Sequence record: DRR723986_9092
DNA: 38,498 bases
Direction: 5' to 3' (one strand)
Position 1 is the first letter of the stretch, and each line of letters opens with the position of its first letter. Of the stretch, positions 9,656 to 19,016 are shown piece after piece. Under the pieces are notes generated by a model that did not search any database, was not told where the DNA came from, and saw only the letters and a list, made by a program, of their open reading frames with translations. The translations under genes were made by a program, and so were the position numbers.

Positions 9656-10309
9656 TTAGCGGGTCGCGAAATACGCGGCTATGTCTTGAGGCCTATCTGC
9701 TATCAATACCGGATTTTCGGCGGCCAATTCTTCACGGCTACCGTAGCCCCACAAAACGCCAATGCCTGCCACTGCGTTGGCGTTTGCCCCGACAAGGTCA
9801 TGCTTGCGATCACCAACCATGACCGTCTCCGACGCCTGGATGTTTTCCTCGCTCAGGATATGCGCAATCAGCTCGGCTTTCGCGGACCGCGTACCGTCCA
9901 ACTCCGCACCGTAGACCTTTCCGAAAAAGTCCATCAGGCCGAAATGCTCAACGATCCGACCTGCATAACTGTGGGGTTTCGAGGTACAGACGTGAAGAAG
10001 AAACCCGTCTTTCCTGAGAGTTGTCAGCAGTTCGGGAATACCCTCGATCAGCGAATTCTCGAACAGTCCCGTCACCGTGTAGCGCTCGCGGTAAAAGGCT
10101 ACGGCCTGATCCAGAACAGCCTTGTCTTCCGATCCCAGAAGAACCTTGAAGCTGTCCCAGAGCGGCGGCCCGATGCACCAGCGCAGCTCTTCCACATCAG
10201 ATGCCTGCCCACCCATCTTTTCAACCGCATACCCGATTGAACGGGTGATGCCTTCAAAGGGGTCAGTCAGGGTTCCGTCCAGATCGAACAGAATGGCCGA
10301 AGTCGTCAT
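9656..10309 (-). CDS. HAD-superfamily phosphatase (Gph/5'-nucleotidase-like)
   Basis: FDLDGTL motif I, CTSK, MVGDRKHD, GVLWGYG; start placed at ATG 10309. Confidence 0.9.
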   Translation of the reverse strand: MTTSAILFDLDGTLTDPFEGITRSIGYAVEKMGGQASDVEELRWCIGPPLWDSFKVLLGSEDKAVLDQAVAFYRERYTVTGLFENSLIEGIPELLTTLRKDGFLLHVCTSKPHSYAGRIVEHFGLMDFFGKVYGAELDGTRSAKAELIAHILSEENIQASETVMVGDRKHDLVGANANAVAGIGVLWGYGSREELAAENPVLIADRPQDIAAYFATR

Positions 10310-10328
10310 GATGCCCCGCAACGTATTG

Positions 10329-10367
10329 AAAAAGAAAGCGGCCTGGACCGAATGGTCGCAGGCCGCT
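10329..10367 (-). terminator. Intrinsic terminator downstream of pccA
   Basis: Minus strand AGCGGCCTG(C)GACC-attc-GGTCCAGGCCGCT followed by TTCTTTTT. Confidence 0.75.
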
Positions 10368-10425
10368 GAATATCGGCAGTATCCGATGCCTGTCAATCAG
10401 GCTGCGCTAGGCGCATCACCCCGGA

Positions 10426-12438
10426 TCATGAAAACTCCATGATCACGGCGTCTACGGCAAGGCTGTCGCCGGGCGTTGCCTTGATGGCGCTCACGACACA
10501 ATCGCGCTCCGCTCTCAGCACGTTTTCCATCTTCATGGCCTCAACGACGGCAAGCTGCTCACCTGCCTTGACTTCCTGTCCTTCGGCCACCGCGATGGAC
10601 ACCACCAGACCAGGCATCGGGCACAGCAGCATCTTCGACGTGTCCGGCGGCAGCTTCTCCGGCATCAAGGCATCCAGCTCGGCAATCCGCGGTGTCATTA
10701 CTTTCGCGACCACGGAATAGCCCTGCCAGTCAAGGCGGTAGCCACCGCGCAGGGTCCGGACCTGCACTGTTACATCCTTCGCGCCGACCTTGCCGGACCA
10801 GAGCGGATCACCTGGTGCCCAGTCAGCCTCCACATTGACAACGGGGCCATCGCCGATCGCGACATCGATCTCGACGGGCGTCCCCGGATACCCGGCAGCA
10901 AGCCGGATCGGAACATAGGTCTTGTCGAGCTTGATCACCCAATCCTCGCGAATGGCACCGGAATGAGCCCGCAACCGCCCGGGCAGGTGGTCCAGACGCT
11001 CGCGTTGCAACGCCCCCATGGACAGGGCAACGGCTGCAAGAACCGCATAGGCCTCGTCATCGGGGACCGCCGGCTCGAAGCCGTCCGGATATTCGTCTGC
11101 GATGAAACTGGTAGCCAACTCGCCCGACCGCCAGCGCGGATGGTTCATCAGCGCAGTCAGAAACGGCACATTGTGCTGAATACCGTCGACGTAAAACGCA
11201 TCCAGAGCTGAACTCATCGCATCGATCGCCTCCGCCCGTGTCGGCGCATGGGTGATCAGCTTTGCGATCATCGGGTCGTAGAACATCGAAATTTCCGAAC
11301 CCTCGACAACGCCGGTATCGTTGCGGACAGTAATCCCGTTGCTGGCTTCTTCTGCCGGCGGCCGGTAACGCACAAGCCGGCCAATGGACGGCAGGAAATT
11401 GCGGAAGGGATCTTCCGCATAAATACGGCTTTCGACCGCCCAACCGTTCAGCTTGACGTCTTCCTGGGCAAGGTCCAGTTTTTCACCGGCGGCAACGCGG
11501 ATCATCTGCTCAACCAGATCGATGCCGGTGATCAGTTCGGTCACCGGGTGCTCCACCTGCAGACGCGTGTTCATTTCCAGGAAGAAGAAGCTCTTGTCCT
11601 GCCCGGCGACGAACTCGACCGTGCCGGCACTGTCATAGTCGACGGCCTTTGCAAGCGCGACGGCCTGCTCACCCATCTTGCGGCGCGTTTCCTCATCGAG
11701 CAGAGGCGACGGCGCCTCTTCGATGACCTTCTGGTTGCGCCGCTGGATCGAGCATTCACGCTCGCCCAGGTAAATCGCATTGCCGTGCTTGTCGCCCAGG
11801 ACCTGGATTTCAATATGGCGCGGGTTTTCGATGAATTTCTCGATGAAAACCCGATCGTCGCCGAAGGAAGACGCCGCCTCGGATTTCGAACGAGTGTAGC
11901 CATCCCGCACCTCATCCGCGTTCCAGGCGATGCGCATGCCCTTGCCGCCACCACCCGCGGACGCCTTGATCATGACCGGGTAGCCAATGTCCGCTGCAAT
12001 TTCGACAGCCTGCTCCGGACTTTCTATGACGCCAAGATAACCCGGCACCGTGCTGACCTTGGCCTCATTGGCGAATTTCTTGGATTCGATCTTGTCGCCC
12101 ATGGCCATGATGGCGCGCGGGTTCGGGCCGATCCAGACAATGCCTTCCTTCGCCAGCGCTTCGGGAAAGCTGGCGCGTTCGGACAGGAAGCCATAGCCCG
12201 GATGCACGGCTTCAGCCCCGGTCTCCTTGCAGGCCGCGATGATCTTGTCGGCGATCAGATAGGATTCCGACGCCGCCGCGGGACCAATGTAAACCGCTTC
12301 GTCTGCCATTTCCACATGAAGGGCATCGCGATCGGCATCGGAATAGACCGCAACAGTCTTTATGCCCATGCGGCGGGCCGTCTTGATGACGCGACAGGCA
12401 ATCTCACCACGGTTGGCGACTAGTATTTTGGAGAACAT
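10426..12438 (-). CDS. pccA: Propionyl-CoA carboxylase alpha subunit (biotin carboxylase + BCCP)
   Basis: KILVANRGEIACR, HPGYGFLSE, KASAGGGGKGMR, ERECSIQRRNQK, EMNTRLQVEHPVTE and the EAMKMEN biotinylation site; pccB lies nearby. Confidence 0.94.
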   Translation of the reverse strand: MFSKILVANRGEIACRVIKTARRMGIKTVAVYSDADRDALHVEMADEAVYIGPAAASESYLIADKIIAACKETGAEAVHPGYGFLSERASFPEALAKEGIVWIGPNPRAIMAMGDKIESKKFANEAKVSTVPGYLGVIESPEQAVEIAADIGYPVMIKASAGGGGKGMRIAWNADEVRDGYTRSKSEAASSFGDDRVFIEKFIENPRHIEIQVLGDKHGNAIYLGERECSIQRRNQKVIEEAPSPLLDEETRRKMGEQAVALAKAVDYDSAGTVEFVAGQDKSFFFLEMNTRLQVEHPVTELITGIDLVEQMIRVAAGEKLDLAQEDVKLNGWAVESRIYAEDPFRNFLPSIGRLVRYRPPAEEASNGITVRNDTGVVEGSEISMFYDPMIAKLITHAPTRAEAIDAMSSALDAFYVDGIQHNVPFLTALMNHPRWRSGELATSFIADEYPDGFEPAVPDDEAYAVLAAVALSMGALQRERLDHLPGRLRAHSGAIREDWVIKLDKTYVPIRLAAGYPGTPVEIDVAIGDGPVVNVEADWAPGDPLWSGKVGAKDVTVQVRTLRGGYRLDWQGYSVVAKVMTPRIAELDALMPEKLPPDTSKMLLCPMPGLVVSIAVAEGQEVKAGEQLAVVEAMKMENVLRAERDCVVSAIKATPGDSLAVDAVIMEFS

Positions 12439-12662
12439 GAATTTCCACCCAGCTGGACGATTTTCCATTTTGTAGGCTGCGCCACTTTGGCACGCAACTT
12501 ATCCAAAGGGCGAGACGTGATTTTGCGGATAGTTGCCCAAACACTCAAAAACGGCATACCGCGACAAGGACCGGCCAAAGGTAGTTCCGCGGAAAAGCGT
12601 CTATTTATCCGAATTTTAATAAACTTATTGCAGGAATTACCAAGGCAATGGGGAACAAATAA

Positions 12663-13139
12663 ATGAAACGCATCCTTTCAGCGGCAATTATTGCGAGTGC
12701 TTTACTACCAACTTCCGCACTGGCGGAAACCGCCGACAAGTGGAAGAGCGGCGAAATCAATGGCTTTACACGTTATTGGACCACCAACAACCTTGGCGCG
12801 AACTTCGTAGTCTGGTGTCATCCGAAACGTCGGATCAACGGCACACTGCTTCATATTGATATCGACGGAAAAATGCCGCCACCACGCAGCAGGATCAAAT
12901 TGATCATGGACCGCGAGATCCTGGAGCTGCCTATCAACGAGCAGGGATACGTGGAAACGGGTTGCGCCGCGTGTTCCGACAGCTTCGGTTATGTCTGGCA
13001 TCGTTTGCGGTCATCCCATTCCCTTGCAGTGAAATTCCAAGATGACAGCTATGCTGGATTTTCCCTGCGCGGCGCTCAGAAAATCATTCCCGGAAACGTT
13101 TGCCCGACCGACTGGCAGAAGCAACACCCCAGGTCCTGA
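12663..13139 (+). CDS. Secreted protein of unknown function with 4 Cys including CxxC (paralog 1)
   Basis: Signal peptide MKRIL...SALA; GGGGA RBS; clear similarity to the next gene. Confidence 0.85.
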   Translation: MKRILSAAIIASALLPTSALAETADKWKSGEINGFTRYWTTNNLGANFVVWCHPKRRINGTLLHIDIDGKMPPPRSRIKLIMDREILELPINEQGYVETGCAACSDSFGYVWHRLRSSHSLAVKFQDDSYAGFSLRGAQKIIPGNVCPTDWQKQHPRS

Positions 13140-13259
13140 GGCATGGCGGCCTGGCCAAGACCTTGTGGCACGCCAGGCCGCTAGATTGCTTTCTTGATTG
13201 AAGGGCTTTTAACAGGACACCTGTAATTTTCGTCGGTGACAGATTACGGAAACGGCTCG

Positions 13260-13730
13260 ATGCGCACCGCCCTCTTTTCTTTTTTCTACCTGACACTTGC
13301 CACGAGCTTGCCGGCAATCGCAGCCGATTACGGCAAGTGGCATACCGACACGGCGTATGGCTACGAGCGCTACTGGACCGAAAGCTCATCAGGAGCACGG
13401 TTCACGATCTGGTGCCCGCCCAATCATGCCGTCAGGAACACCCTTATCGGCGTGCGCATCAAGGGTCGCAGGCCAGATCCCGGATCCACAGTCCTGGTCG
13501 AGCTGGATCACAAGCTGATCAAGTTCAGGGCCGGAAACGACGGTTACATTTACAACGATTGCCCGGCCTGCTCCGACAACATGACCTATTTCTGGCACCG
13601 GTTGCGCTCTTCGGTAAAATTCGCCGTGCAACTGGAAGACAGACGCTATTCGGGCTTTTCCCTGAACGGCGTGCGAGAAGCCATGGCGGGGTCTGTCTGC
13701 TCCAGCCAGATGGCCCAGAATACGCGGTAA
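13260..13730 (+). CDS. Secreted protein of unknown function with 4 Cys including CxxC (paralog 2)
   Basis: Signal peptide MRTAL...PAIA; shares RYWT, WC.P, C.ACSD, WHRLRSS and GFSL.G with 12663..13139. Confidence 0.85.
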   Translation: MRTALFSFFYLTLATSLPAIAADYGKWHTDTAYGYERYWTESSSGARFTIWCPPNHAVRNTLIGVRIKGRRPDPGSTVLVELDHKLIKFRAGNDGYIYNDCPACSDNMTYFWHRLRSSVKFAVQLEDRRYSGFSLNGVREAMAGSVCSSQMAQNTR

Positions 13731-13893
13731 ATTCCGGGTGGAGTTCTGACCGATGCGATTTATGTGCTCGCAATCACATTTGCGCGCCACAAGTTGGTGC
13801 ACACTTCTCCTGTCACCACCTTTCCGGACCGTTCTGTTAGACTAAACCTTCAGAGCGTTCTTTCCGGTGGCAACGGCACGTCAGGAGACTTTC

Positions 13894-14205
13894 ATGCGGA
13901 AAATGCTTCTTTGCGCAGCAGCGCTTGCCCTTCCCGGCCTTGTCATGTCGACGGCGGCCGAAGCACGTCCAGACCTTCGCAAGATGACCTGTGCCCAGGC
14001 GCAGAACATGGTGCGCCAGCACGGTGCCGTGGTCTTCACCACGGGGCAGTACACCTATTCGATGTTTGTTTCGAACCGTAGCTACTGCGACCGTAACCAG
14101 GTCCTGTTCACGCAGTTCGGCCAGACGCGGGATACACCACGCTGCCCTGTCGCGTTCGAATGCAAGGAACCGCTGTTCCCGCGTGGTCTCTCGCGTTGGG
14201 ACTGA
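13894..14205 (+). CDS. Small secreted 4-Cys protein of a rhizobial hypothetical family
   Basis: AGGAG RBS; signal peptide ending AEA; RPDLRKMTCAQAQ...GAVVFTTG.YTY...C...TRD...C...C pattern recalled from Hyphomicrobiales hypothetical proteins. Confidence 0.8.
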   Translation: MRKMLLCAAALALPGLVMSTAAEARPDLRKMTCAQAQNMVRQHGAVVFTTGQYTYSMFVSNRSYCDRNQVLFTQFGQTRDTPRCPVAFECKEPLFPRGLSRWD

Positions 14206-14221
14206 CCTGACAGGCAGTAAA

Positions 14222-14242
14222 CAGGCCGGAAAATCCGGCCTG
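14222..14242. terminator. Hairpin between convergent genes, probable pccB terminator
   Basis: CAGGCCGGA-aaa-TCCGGCCTG perfect 9-bp stem; only a short T run follows on the minus strand. Confidence 0.5.
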
Positions 14243-14322
14243 ATACAATCTCGTGTGTCACTGCTGCGGACCAGCTATCGTCTTCCGGAACCGAGCGAAT
14301 GAATGCAAATCGGCTCTTCTTG

Positions 14323-15855
14323 CTAGAGCGGAATATTGTCGTGCTTTTTCCACGGCATGTCCGCCTGCTTGGACCTGAGCAGGGCCAGAGCCTTGGACAC
14401 ACGCCGGCGGGTGGAATGCGGACGAATGACATCGTCTATGTAGCCGCGCTCGGCAGCGACGAACGGGTTGGCGAAACGGTCTTCGTAATCCTTCGTCCGC
14501 TTGGCGATCTTCTCCTTGTCGCCGAGTTCGGATCTATAGAGGATTTCGACCGCCCCTTTTGCACCCATCACCGCGATTTCAGCAGACGGCCAGGCGTAGT
14601 TGATGTCGCCGCGGATGTGCTTGGAGCTCATCACGTCATAAGCACCGCCGTAGGCCTTGCGGGTGATGACGGTAATCTTCGGCACGGTAGCTTCCGCGTA
14701 GGCAAACAGCAGCTTGGCGCCGTGTTTGATCAGGCCGCCATATTCCTGCGACGTGCCGGGCAGGAAGCCTGGAACATCGACGAAGGTCACGATCGGAATG
14801 CTGAAACAGTCACAGAAGCGGACAAACCTTGCAGCCTTGCGGCTGGCGTCGGAATCCAGCACGCCGGCCAGAACCATCGGCTGGTTGGCAACGATGCCGA
14901 CAGTGCGGCCCTCGATCCGTCCGAAACCGGTAATGATGTTGCCCGCGAAACTGCCCTGAATTTCGAAGAAGTCGCCCTCGTCGACTGTCTTCAGAACAAG
15001 TTCCTTCATGTCGTAGGGCTTGTTCGGGTTGTCCGGAATGAGCGTGTCGAGGCTGGTGTCGATCCGCTCCGGGTCGTCGTAGTTCGTCAGCTCCGGCAGG
15101 TCCGCACGATTGTTCATCGGCAGATAGTCGATCAGTCGGCGCATTTCCTGCAGGGCTTCGACGTCGTTGTCAAAGGCACCGTCCGCAATCGAAGACTTGG
15201 TGGTGTGGATCGACGCGCCGCCCAGTTCCTCGGCCGTCACCGTCTCGTTCGTCACGGTCTTCACCACGTCTGGTCCGGTGACGAACATGTACGACGTGTC
15301 ACGCACCATGAAGATGAAGTCCGTCATGGCCGGGGAATAGACGTCGCCTCCGGCACAAGGACCCATGATGAGCGAAATCTGCGGAATGACACCGGATGCC
15401 AGAACGTTGCGCTGGAACACTTCGCCGTAACCGCCAAGGGCCGCGACACCTTCCTGAATGCGGGCGCCACCTGCGTCGAACAGGCCGATGATCGGTGCCC
15501 GGTTCTGCAGGGCCATGTCCTGGAGCTTGGTGATCTTTTCCGCATGCGTTTCGGAAAGAGACCCGCCGAAGACCGTGAAATCCTTGGAGAACACGTAAAC
15601 GGTCCGACCGTTGACTGTTCCCCAGCCGGTGATCACGCCGTCGCCGGGGATATGCTGCTCTTCCATGCCGAAATCGGTACAGCGGTGCTGTTTGAACATG
15701 TCGAATTCTTCAAAGGACCCCTCGTCCAGAAGAATTTCAATACGTTCACGCGCAGTCAGTTTGCCCTTGGCATGCTGCGCATCGATGCGGCGTTGCCCGC
15801 CGCCCAGCCGCGCGGTTTCGCGGCGTTGTTCCAATTCGGCCAGAACTTCTTTCAT
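14323..15855 (-). CDS. pccB: Propionyl-CoA carboxylase beta subunit (carboxyltransferase)
   Basis: [53 protein letters not shown]; 510 aa; GGGAGGA RBS. Confidence 0.96.
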   Translation of the reverse strand: MKEVLAELEQRRETARLGGGQRRIDAQHAKGKLTARERIEILLDEGSFEEFDMFKQHRCTDFGMEEQHIPGDGVITGWGTVNGRTVYVFSKDFTVFGGSLSETHAEKITKLQDMALQNRAPIIGLFDAGGARIQEGVAALGGYGEVFQRNVLASGVIPQISLIMGPCAGGDVYSPAMTDFIFMVRDTSYMFVTGPDVVKTVTNETVTAEELGGASIHTTKSSIADGAFDNDVEALQEMRRLIDYLPMNNRADLPELTNYDDPERIDTSLDTLIPDNPNKPYDMKELVLKTVDEGDFFEIQGSFAGNIITGFGRIEGRTVGIVANQPMVLAGVLDSDASRKAARFVRFCDCFSIPIVTFVDVPGFLPGTSQEYGGLIKHGAKLLFAYAEATVPKITVITRKAYGGAYDVMSSKHIRGDINYAWPSAEIAVMGAKGAVEILYRSELGDKEKIAKRTKDYEDRFANPFVAAERGYIDDVIRPHSTRRRVSKALALLRSKQADMPWKKHDNIPL

Positions 15856-16163
15856 CCGGTCCTCCCAAAACTTGAGCTTGGATCACGCCGTAGCATGATC
15901 CCCCGACAGAGCCTAGTCAGCACATGGGCTTATGGGGAAACTACGCCCTATGAACCTTCCCTGCCAAACGCCCACAGTAGCTGGACGAATGTCAGGCAAA
16001 AGCCTTTATGGCCACGCTTTGCCCGATCCCAAAACTGCCTTTGCGTTTCCGCGCGCCGGGACAGACCAGGATCACTTCAATACGTGCCCTTTTTCGAAGC
16101 ACGATTTTCAAACACCAGAAATCTCATTTCAGGTCCACGACCCATTCATAACGGAGTTCATTA

Positions 16164-17114
16164 ATGTCAGGAAATTATGTTGTTGATCATCGTGACGGCG
16201 TCATCACGCTCGCGCGCCTGCAATATTTCGACGTCAGCCAGGCGAACCTCAAGGAAGATCACAAGAACTGGCTTCGCAGAAACGTCGTACCGCTGCTGAA
16301 GGGCAACGGCAGCATCAGTATCGTCGGACTTTCCAGCCGTAGCGGCAAGGCAGCTTTCAACAAGGCCCTGTCGATGAAGCGGGCTAATGCCGTCAAGACG
16401 TTCCTGGAAGAATGCCTACTGTCCTGTTTTCCGTTCGATCTGGTCGACGGACTTGGCGAATCCCTGGCTGAAGAAATGGGTCAGGAAGACGGCGTAGAAG
16501 ACGGACAGTTCCGTGCCGTGATGATTTACGTGCATTCCGTGCCGACACCGCCCAATCCAAAGGTCATCAAAACGCCCAAGAAGATGAAGCCCAAACCAAA
16601 GGCGGCTTCCACCTTATGGGTCGGCATCGGTGAGAGCCATTCAGGCGACCTTGTGGCTGTCGGGCGGTACAACTGGAATGGACGCCTTTACCGGGCCAGC
16701 GCCGATGACAACGGCTATGTCGATTACGTTGACCTCATGGCAGACGGCTGGAAAATCGGCGGCGGCCTGGGGGGTAGTGTCGGTGGCATCGTCATCGTGG
16801 CGCATGGTGTCAAGACGCCCAGCGAGTTCAACAAGAAGGGCGAATGGTCTGATTGGGACCTCGATCTGGCGATTGCCGGAAAGCTGGGGGACGTCCTCAA
16901 AGGCATCAAGGGCATCGGCAAGATCGTCAATACGATGGAGAAATACGAGGAACTGAGCCATGCCGCGATCGAACTCACCAAGAACAAGGGGTTCGTCAAG
17001 AAAGGTCTCTACACAATTCCGATGCTTGGCGTCGGTGCAGGCCTCCACGTTTGGACCGGGCGCAAATACGGCGACGTCTCGGTGATCTCGGTCGGCAGGA
17101 CACTCATGCGCTAG
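16164..17114 (+). CDS. OmpA_C-like domain protein without signal peptide, with an unrecognised Gly-rich C-terminal domain
   Basis: YFDVSQANLK...IVGLSSRSG...NKALSMKRANAV...GLGE...RAV is the OmpA_C pattern; Pro/Lys linker; GGAG RBS. Confidence 0.8.
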   Translation: MSGNYVVDHRDGVITLARLQYFDVSQANLKEDHKNWLRRNVVPLLKGNGSISIVGLSSRSGKAAFNKALSMKRANAVKTFLEECLLSCFPFDLVDGLGESLAEEMGQEDGVEDGQFRAVMIYVHSVPTPPNPKVIKTPKKMKPKPKAASTLWVGIGESHSGDLVAVGRYNWNGRLYRASADDNGYVDYVDLMADGWKIGGGLGGSVGGIVIVAHGVKTPSEFNKKGEWSDWDLDLAIAGKLGDVLKGIKGIGKIVNTMEKYEELSHAAIELTKNKGFVKKGLYTIPMLGVGAGLHVWTGRKYGDVSVISVGRTLMR

Positions 17115-17482
17115 CACCCTGTCTCCGGCCACCTATCCGCACACGCATCGGGCAGCAAATCAGATTTCGATCATGCTGCCCGACCTGCCCATCGACTGTG
17201 CATATTGGATTGAACACAACTTCTGCCTGACCGAACAAGCAGGTGTTACCACTCCGGTCTGGCAGGTTTTGACGGGCAGCAGACGCCCCCGATCCGGCCC
17301 CTCGTCTTTCCCGGCCATGCCAAGCAGCAAGGATGCCGTAACGTTCATTTGAGCACGTCATTTTGGCGAAGTTTGCACGCGCAAGCGGCGAAAAACACCG
17401 CCTTCAAATCCTTTTTCAGTGGTCGAAAAAAATATATTCAACCTGAGGGAACCTCAGGATTTTTCGATGAATTTCAGCTCGT

Positions 17483-17548
17483 TGCCTAATTTGCAGGCAC
17501 TGTCGCCGCGACATTGAACTTTGACACCTTTCAGAATTTTGCCATGAT
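17483..17548 (+). promoter_or_regulatory. NtrC-like box plus sigma70-type promoter of the Anbu operon
   Basis: Palindrome TGCCT-AATTTGC-AGGCA (TGC-N11-GCA) at 17483-17499; TTGACA at 17521-17526, N16, CATGAT at 17543-17548 with an extended -10 TG. Confidence 0.55.
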
Positions 17549-17582
17549 TGCCCAAGAACGAAGCATCGGCAAAGGGGAGGCA

Positions 17583-19007
17583 ATGGCGGACGAACGCACT
17601 TTCTTCAATGAAATGCTCGACGAGGCCAACAAGCCGCGCCAGCCATACGCCCGGCTCGCCAAATGGCTGGAAGACAAACCAGCCAACTTTCTGACCAAGA
17701 AGGGCCGCGACGCTGAAACCATTTTCCGCAGACTTGGCATCACCTTCGCGGTTTATGGAGCGGAAGAAGCTACCGAACGGCTGATCCCGTTTGATCCCAT
17801 CCCGCGCATCATCTCGGCTCCGGAGTGGCGGCGCCTGTCTGCCGGCATCGACCAGCGTGTGCGGGCTCTGAACGCCTTCCTGCACGACATCTACCATCGC
17901 CAGGAAATCCTGCGCGCAGGCAGGATCCCGGCGGAGCTCGTGCTGCAGAACGAGGCATTCCTGCCTGAAATGGCCGGGTTCACCCCTGCCCGCAAGGTCT
18001 ATGCCCACATCATCGGAACCGATCTGGTCCGCGTGTCGGAAAACGAATTCTACGTGCTGGAGGACAACACGCGCACGCCTTCAGGTGTCTCCTACATGAT
18101 GGAGAACCGGGAGACGATGATGCGTCTCTTCCCCGAGCTCTTTCAGAGTCACCGGGTCGCCGCCGTGGAGCAATATCCCGAGAACCTCCTGCAGACGCTG
18201 GAAAGCGTTGCACCGGATCCCTCGAAGTCTTCGCAGACGATCGTTGTCCTGACCCCAGGCATCTATAACTCCGCCTATTTCGAACACGCTTTCCTGGCTG
18301 ATTCCATGGGCGTGGAACTGGTGGAAGGCCGGGATCTGTTCGTTGATGCCGGACATGTCTACATGCGCACAACGCGCGAACCGAAGCAGGTCGACGTCAT
18401 CTACCGGCGTATCGATGATGCCTTCCTCGATCCACTGACCTTCAATCCGGGCAGCATGCTCGGAGTGCCGGGCCTCTTCGATGCCTATCGCGCCGGCAAC
18501 GTCACCATCTGCAATGCGCCGGGAACGGGTATTGCCGACGATAAGGCGATCTATGCCTATGTCCCGGACATCATCGAGTTCTACACGGGCCAGAAACCGA
18601 TCCTGAACAACGTTCCGACGTGGAACTGCTCACGGCCGGATGACCTCGCCTATGTTCTGGATAATCTTGAGGACATTGTCGTCAAGGAGGTCCACGGTTC
18701 GGGCGGCTACGGCATGCTGATCGGTCCGACCGCATCGAAGCGGGAAATCGCGGAATTCCGGAAAGTCCTGGAAACCAACCCTTCCAACTATATTGCCCAG
18801 CCGACCCTGGCGCTGTCGGCCTGCCCGACGCACGTCGCTTCGGGTGTCGCCCCGCGCCACGTCGATCTGCGCCCCTACGTGCTGATCGGTGATCAGGTCC
18901 GCATCACGCCAGGCGGCCTGACACGGGTTGCCCTCAAGAAAGGCTCGCTCGTCGTCAACTCCAGCCAGGGTGGCGGCACAAAAGACACCTGGGTACTTGA
19001 GGACTGA
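17583..19007 (+). CDS. Circularly permuted type 2 ATP-grasp protein
   Basis: GITFAVYG, ERLIPFD, VLEDNTRTPSGVSY, NSAYFEH, DVIYRRIDD, GSGGYGM, PRHVDLRP, VNSSQGGGTKDTWV; GGGGAGG RBS before ATG 17583. Confidence 0.95.
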   Translation: MADERTFFNEMLDEANKPRQPYARLAKWLEDKPANFLTKKGRDAETIFRRLGITFAVYGAEEATERLIPFDPIPRIISAPEWRRLSAGIDQRVRALNAFLHDIYHRQEILRAGRIPAELVLQNEAFLPEMAGFTPARKVYAHIIGTDLVRVSENEFYVLEDNTRTPSGVSYMMENRETMMRLFPELFQSHRVAAVEQYPENLLQTLESVAPDPSKSSQTIVVLTPGIYNSAYFEHAFLADSMGVELVEGRDLFVDAGHVYMRTTREPKQVDVIYRRIDDAFLDPLTFNPGSMLGVPGLFDAYRAGNVTICNAPGTGIADDKAIYAYVPDIIEFYTGQKPILNNVPTWNCSRPDDLAYVLDNLEDIVVKEVHGSGGYGMLIGPTASKREIAEFRKVLETNPSNYIAQPTLALSACPTHVASGVAPRHVDLRPYVLIGDQVRITPGGLTRVALKKGSLVVNSSQGGGTKDTWVLED

Positions 19008-19016
19008 GAGAACCAG

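Noticed and set aside
11248-12423. Long antisense ORFs over pccA (likewise 32853..33842, 35285..36415, 37075..38181 and others)
   Set aside because: Each mirrors a well-supported gene on the other strand, as expected from codon bias in GC-rich DNA.
12488-12502. Sigma54-like TGGCACG-N4-TTAT upstream of the CxxC pair
   Set aside because: The essential -12 GC is missing.
10338-13182. Two hairpins sharing GCGGCCTG/CAGGCCGC arms (10338-10367 and 13145-13182) as a REP-like family
   Set aside because: Only two copies, with different loops and a short GC-rich match; compatible with chance.
14299-16164. 621-aa + strand ORF antisense to pccB whose stop overlaps the OmpA-gene start (TAATG)
   Set aside because: Shadow frame of a conserved high-GC gene with no recognisable motifs; the overlap is most likely coincidence.
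17104-17361. Short minus-strand ORFs after the OmpA gene as a possible immunity gene
   Set aside because: No convincing RBS or protein-like composition; the region looks regulatory and includes a 10-bp-stem hairpin TCGGGCAGCA/TGCTGCCCGA.
17363-17377. TTGGCGAAGTTTGCA as a sigma54 promoter for the Anbu operon
   Set aside because: GG-to-GC spacing is 8 nt rather than the required 10.
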